64,000 nucleotides of DNA from Methanobacteriota archaeon (lineage in GTDB: Archaea > Halobacteriota > Bog-38 > Methanoflorentales > Methanoflorentaceae): contig OY970393.1 in the NCBI GenBank assembly GCA_963720465.1, forward strand, positions 2,112,001-2,176,000. The letters are read 5' to 3'. Below, in pieces: positions 59,667 through 64,000 of the stretch; the stretch's first letter is position 1; every line of letters starts with the position of its first letter. The position numbers and the translations under genes are program-made. The notes beneath the pieces were generated by a model. That model saw only the letters and a list, made by a program, of their open reading frames with translations, made no database searches and was not told where the DNA came from.

Positions 59667-60710
59667 TCATTGTGCCTCTTGAGCGCCCCCTTCAACTGCT
59701 CCTTCCACTACTGGTCGATCTTGCAGAACCTTTATGCTCACTAGCCCACCTACGACGATATTTAGATAGTAAGTAATCACTCTCCAGCCTAGGATGAAGA
59801 TGCCGAGAATTGATGTGCTCACAAAGGCTGAATAAATCGCCGCAGTGCTCACTTCGGCTATGCCGCTGTTTCCCGGCGTGAGTGGAATCATGGCGATCAT
59901 CATTAGAACTGTTTGGGCAGAAAAGGACGCTAAAATCCACGGCTGAGCTCCTAGGCCGACGAGAATAAGCGAAGCAATGGTAAACTGCAGAAGCCAAAAC
60001 GCCATCGTAAAAAGAAAACCTTTGGCCAAAGCTCGTCGTTCATCCTTCAAGTATCGCATAGAGCTATTGTGAAAAACATCGACCTCTCGCAAAGCCTTTT
60101 GCATGGCTCTGTCAGCCTTGTCAACACCTCTCACTTTGATGAACAGCCACCGTACTCTTGTCACCATAGACTTCACTTTTCTTGGCTTTGCCATAACGTA
60201 GAGCAGGATGAAAAAGAGTAAGCCGAAAACTATGGCCGCGACCCCGAAAAGGGCTATGAGCCCGGGCGTACTCTGCACGTACCGGGTAAATAGCAGAAAT
60301 GCGATCGGGGCGGCTATGCCTAAGAAAAGCGCATCCAGCATTCTTTCTCCGAGGACGACCGCAGAGGCATCCCCCACGGACAGCTTGCAACCTCGCAAGA
60401 GCTGAACTCTGGTAACTTCTCCACCGGCGTGTCCGGGAGTGATTGCCGCGGCAAAAAGATTTGACAAGACGATCTCGACCGATTTTCTAAACGAGAGCTC
60501 GCCTCCTACCGCTTCTGCCATGGTCTTCATTCGGGCGCCCCAGACGAGCCACGAACCGAACTGAAAGATCAATGCGGCGGCCAAGAAGGCTGGGTGAATT
60601 TGTATAAGGCTTCGTAGCTGGCCCGGCGTGATCGTGTAAAATAGGAGCGCTAGGATCGAAATTATACTGAACGTCAGTGAAATCGCAAGCCACCTTCGCA
60701 AGCCGTTCAA
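59667..60710 (-). CDS. UPF0104 / lysylphosphatidylglycerol-synthase TM (flippase-like) protein
   Basis: ITPGHAGGE, ERMLD, PLTPGNSGIAE, WRVITYY. Confidence 0.9.
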   Translation of the reverse strand: MNGLRRWLAISLTFSIISILALLFYTITPGQLRSLIQIHPAFLAAALIFQFGSWLVWGARMKTMAEAVGGELSFRKSVEIVLSNLFAAAITPGHAGGEVTRVQLLRGCKLSVGDASAVVLGERMLDALFLGIAAPIAFLLFTRYVQSTPGLIALFGVAAIVFGLLFFILLYVMAKPRKVKSMVTRVRWLFIKVRGVDKADRAMQKALREVDVFHNSSMRYLKDERRALAKGFLFTMAFWLLQFTIASLILVGLGAQPWILASFSAQTVLMMIAMIPLTPGNSGIAEVSTAAIYSAFVSTSILGIFILGWRVITYYLNIVVGGLVSIKVLQDRPVVEGAVEGGAQEAQ

Positions 60711-60730
60711 GATCTACCCCCTGTCAATAG

Positions 60731-61708
60731 TTAGACTTCTGACCTGGCTACCCCGGTCCACTCGCACTTGCGGGAAGTTAGATGCTGTCCGACGGCCACG
60801 GTCCCACAGAGCGTCATCAAGCAGGCGTACCCAGATAAGCCGAGCAGGATCTTAAATGATTCCGATATGCTCTCACTTTCTACCATTACTGCTCTGGAAT
60901 ATATGAAAACAAAAGGAGCTAATAAGTATGAGAAAAATGGGATGGTTAGCGAGCCCAGCCACGTCACTTTTACTGAGGTAGGAACGCGGGCGACAAACAT
61001 TGGACCAAGATACTTTCGAAGCCCCTCGACAGCACCGCGGAACCATCGAACTCTTTGATTGTACAAGTCCTGAATGGAAGTAGGAGCCTGTTCCCCTACT
61101 TTCGTCGTGGCGAGTACTGTACGGTTCCCCGAGAGGTATATCTTCTCGCTTATATCTAGATCCTCACACGAACAACGTTCATCAAAACCTGTCGTCCTCA
61201 TAAAGGGTGCTTTTGACACGCCTATCGCGCCGTTGAACTGAATGAAGCCGCTTGACCACCTGAAAAAACGGTAGATGTCACAGAAAAACTTGTATTCGAT
61301 TGAAACGATCTTGGTAAGGGTGTTTCCCTTATTAGTCACGTAGCGGCAGCCACTGGCAAGCACCACGTCGCTCGTCGCCGTGAGTTCGCGCACACACTCC
61401 TCCAAAAAATCAGCGTTGGGTCGGCTATCGACATCGAAGAGCGCAATGCAGTCTGCGCCCTCTGTCACGTTCAGAATGTCGTTGATAGCGCCAGCCCGGC
61501 GGCCTCTGTTGCAATTTCTGATCACTATGTGGAAATGCGGCGGCATGAGTCCGTAGAGAGAGCTGTAATCTTTTCCGCTGCTGTCAATGACGTAGTACGC
61601 CTCAAAATCGAGATCATTGCAATCTAAAGCGCGGAGGCTCTCGATTGATTTTTCAATGAGTGAGTTCGGTTCGAACGGCGCGACTGGGATGATGGCGCAA
61701 ACTTTCAT
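60731..61708 (-). CDS. GT2 glycosyltransferase with QxxRW motif
   Basis: RAGAIN, FDVD, CEDLD, QRVRW, C-terminal TM segments. Confidence 0.9.
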   Translation of the reverse strand: MKVCAIIPVAPFEPNSLIEKSIESLRALDCNDLDFEAYYVIDSSGKDYSSLYGLMPPHFHIVIRNCNRGRRAGAINDILNVTEGADCIALFDVDSRPNADFLEECVRELTATSDVVLASGCRYVTNKGNTLTKIVSIEYKFFCDIYRFFRWSSGFIQFNGAIGVSKAPFMRTTGFDERCSCEDLDISEKIYLSGNRTVLATTKVGEQAPTSIQDLYNQRVRWFRGAVEGLRKYLGPMFVARVPTSVKVTWLGSLTIPFFSYLLAPFVFIYSRAVMVESESISESFKILLGLSGYACLMTLCGTVAVGQHLTSRKCEWTGVARSEV

Positions 61709-61769
61709 CTCAGGAGAAAATTCGATTAACGTATATTAAGTCGTCGTTCTTGAAGCATCTTCTTCCGTT

Positions 61770-62897
61770 TCACGCGTCTGTCACATTCGCATAAAGATCA
61801 AGGACCTCTTGCGCAATGATTTTCCAGTCATATTTCTGTTCAACGCGCTTGCGACCGTTTTTACCCATTGATCTTGCGTTTGCAGGGTTTTCGAGAATCT
61901 CTAGAATGGCATTTGCAAGGGAAGAAGGATCTCGAGGCGTGACTAGCAAACCGCCTTCGCCAACGACGTCGAGCACGCCCGGAATTCTCGAAGCAATCAC
62001 TGGCGTTTCGCACGCCATCGCTTCTAAAAGAACCAACCCGAACGCCTCGAGGCGCGTAAAAGAGGGGAGGACTAGTGCGGAAGAGCTTGTGTAGAGCTTT
62101 AGAAGAGCGCCTCTTGATATGTGCCCACAGAATTTGATTCGATGTTCATAGCCTTTTGCGAGTTTTTTTAGTCGTTCTCGCTCTTCTCCATCGCCCACGA
62201 TTAAGAAAGTCGCGTCGCTTACTTGGCTTAGTACGATCTTGGCGGCTGTGACAAAATCATCAACGCCTTTCACGGAGCTCAATCGACCAACGAAGAGTAT
62301 CTGGCGTGCCCTCTTTTCACCGTTCAACCCGAGTAAATGTCTGTCAAAGGTCTCTAGTCTAATGCCATTCGGCACGATTTCATAGCGATAATCTCGCAGT
62401 ACGGAGGAGGTTCGCGCGTAAGATTCAGTTGTAGCGATTATCTGCGCGACGTTGTCGAGGATCGGCTTTGTATACACAGCCGTGTTGACTTCGTCCACAA
62501 GGCATTTACAGATGTTCGGAATTCTGAGATTTGCGATATTGTCGGGAATTTCGAGATCGCAGTGGTAAGTAAGCACGTGTGGAACGTGCGGCAGGCCTTT
62601 GACCACGCCGTAAGACATGAAAGGTGGAGGATAATGGGAATGTACGACATCGGCGCTGAACTGCGCAATGCGCCGCCGCAAGGCGTACATATACGGGATA
62701 TATGGCAGATCCATAGCCGGAAATCTGTACACAGGGAGTCCGCGCAAGACCTCATTTGGTCTAGACTTGGGGACTTCGGCGCACAAAACAACGACTTCGT
62801 GCCCTAGGTCCCGCAAGCTTTGCGAAAGCTCAAGACAGTGAGTTTCGACTCCACCGATGTGCGGATAGAAGTAAGAAGAGGCTTGAATTATTTTCAC
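61770..62897 (-). CDS. GT4 glycosyltransferase
   Basis: YPHIGGVE, FVGRLSSVKG, EAFGLVLLEAMA. Confidence 0.93.
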   Translation of the reverse strand: MKIIQASSYFYPHIGGVETHCLELSQSLRDLGHEVVVLCAEVPKSRPNEVLRGLPVYRFPAMDLPYIPYMYALRRRIAQFSADVVHSHYPPPFMSYGVVKGLPHVPHVLTYHCDLEIPDNIANLRIPNICKCLVDEVNTAVYTKPILDNVAQIIATTESYARTSSVLRDYRYEIVPNGIRLETFDRHLLGLNGEKRARQILFVGRLSSVKGVDDFVTAAKIVLSQVSDATFLIVGDGEERERLKKLAKGYEHRIKFCGHISRGALLKLYTSSSALVLPSFTRLEAFGLVLLEAMACETPVIASRIPGVLDVVGEGGLLVTPRDPSSLANAILEILENPANARSMGKNGRKRVEQKYDWKIIAQEVLDLYANVTDA

Positions 62898-63130
62898 GTG
62901 GATTCACGTTGAATGTGCGCGTGGCTGTTGAATAACTTATCGTGGAATCTCCATCCGCGCTGAGGCATTTTAATTTCGACTGTGGATCTCACGTCTCTTG
63001 AAAGATGTTTAGCAATGCCGAAACTAACGGGTTGTAGCGCGAGCACGCGCTGGCGTGGGACAGTACCTCGTGCGCACCTGATCGACAAGAGTTAAATAGC
63101 ACATTCGTCTTGTAGCTCAGTGTGCCATCG

Positions 63131-63699
63131 ATGAGCCGTTTTATAGCCGTGATATCGGTGCTGGCTGTTTTTTTGTTATAGCGAGCTCCTCTTTAGCGGT
63201 GGGCGTCAAAGCCCAAAATGAGGTGGCGTGGGTTTATGACTACCCGACAGGGATGAAAGCTGCGGCCGAGGAAAACAAGCCCGCGATGATATACATTCAC
63301 GAAGACTGGTGTCCTCGATGCAGAAACATGGATCAAAACACTTGGACGGATAGTGAAGTTATTCAACTTTCGTCGAACTTCGTGAACATAAACGTGGTCG
63401 GGACTCAACAGGGAACGCTATATAATTATAGCAAGCCCCCACTGATTGTTTTCACGGACCCTCAAGGAAGGGTCATTGTCGAACAAAACGCAGAACTGTC
63501 AGCTAGTCAGGTGACTGCCCTGCAACGGCAGGTGCTCGCACAAGAGCCGTCCTCGTCCCCTTCGGCGACAGGTAATCCTCCAACCACAAGCGTTTCGACC
63601 AAAGCCGCGGGGGTGCCCGGTTTTGAAGCCATCCCTGCAGTCGTTGGCATATCGACTATCGCGCTCGTGGTGTCGCGCATCCGTAAGAGCCCGCGATAA
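63131..63699 (+). pseudogene. Secreted thioredoxin-fold PGF-CTERM protein, frameshifted at T7 (63168-63174)
   Basis: WCPRC; Ser/Thr/Pro linker; VPGF-TM-RIRK tail; signal peptide from ATG 63131 is one base out of frame. Confidence 0.75.
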
Positions 63700-63900
63700 G
63701 CACTCCAAGCCCGGCGGACGCTCGTCTCAGGTTAAAGAGCCCGATCGACTGCTGTCCGCCAAAGCCTCGCGTACCAACGTTCGGTTCGATCTTTTCGGCC
63801 GTTGTGTTTCGGCCAGATGGTACGCCTCGGCCGCGCTTGCCCAGTGCTTGGCAACCTGTCAGCGCCAATGTTTAACTATGAATGAGCCATAGTACCTGCC

Positions 63901-64000
63901 ATGCTTTATCGCGCTGAGATCACCATTAAACTCAAGCACGGCATGCTTGATCCGGAAGCTACGACGATAAAAAGTGCTCTCAAGCATCTTGGATATGAGT
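63901..64000 (+). CDS. purS: FGAM synthase subunit PurS (partial, runs off the window)
   Basis: MLYRAEITIKLKHGMLDPEATTIKSALKHLGYE. Confidence 0.9.
   Translation, partial: MLYRAEITIKLKHGMLDPEATTIKSALKHLGYE

Noticed and set aside
1-64000. CRISPR array, transposase, integrase or recognisable defence system
   Set aside because: No spaced repeats or corresponding motifs seen; all repeats have fewer than three full copies

Overview
Chromosomal window from a Halobacteriota/Methanomicrobia-type archaeon with H4MPT C1 metabolism (mch, a PGF-CTERM protein, ferredoxin-containing RpoD, intron-bearing tRNA). Most of it is core genes: moaA, dnaG, grpE-dnaK-dnaJ, nadE, trm5, dph5/dph6, gltX, the mevalonate/isoprenoid cluster, the rps13-rpoD-rpoN-rpoK-rps2 superoperon with 3 tRNAs and SRP RNA, and rtcB/archease. 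There is a decayed accessory edge (about 1-1.3 kb) and a surface-glycan island of about 13 kb between two glmU paralogues. Main observations: (1) a full-length, divergent BshC-like ligase coupled to a PIG-L deacetylase inside the glycan island; (2) an unannotated structured RNA of about 245 nt whose last hairpin fits an H/ACA guide for 23S helix 69; (3) three apparent pseudoenzymes (WecB-, MetE- and enolase-like); (4) a shattered Wzx flippase; (5) a PGF-CTERM thioredoxin cut from its signal peptide by a T7 frameshift; (6) a GT4-GT2-flippase-like candidate glycolipid cluster. All family assignments are by-eye motif recognition; no database search or folding program was run.
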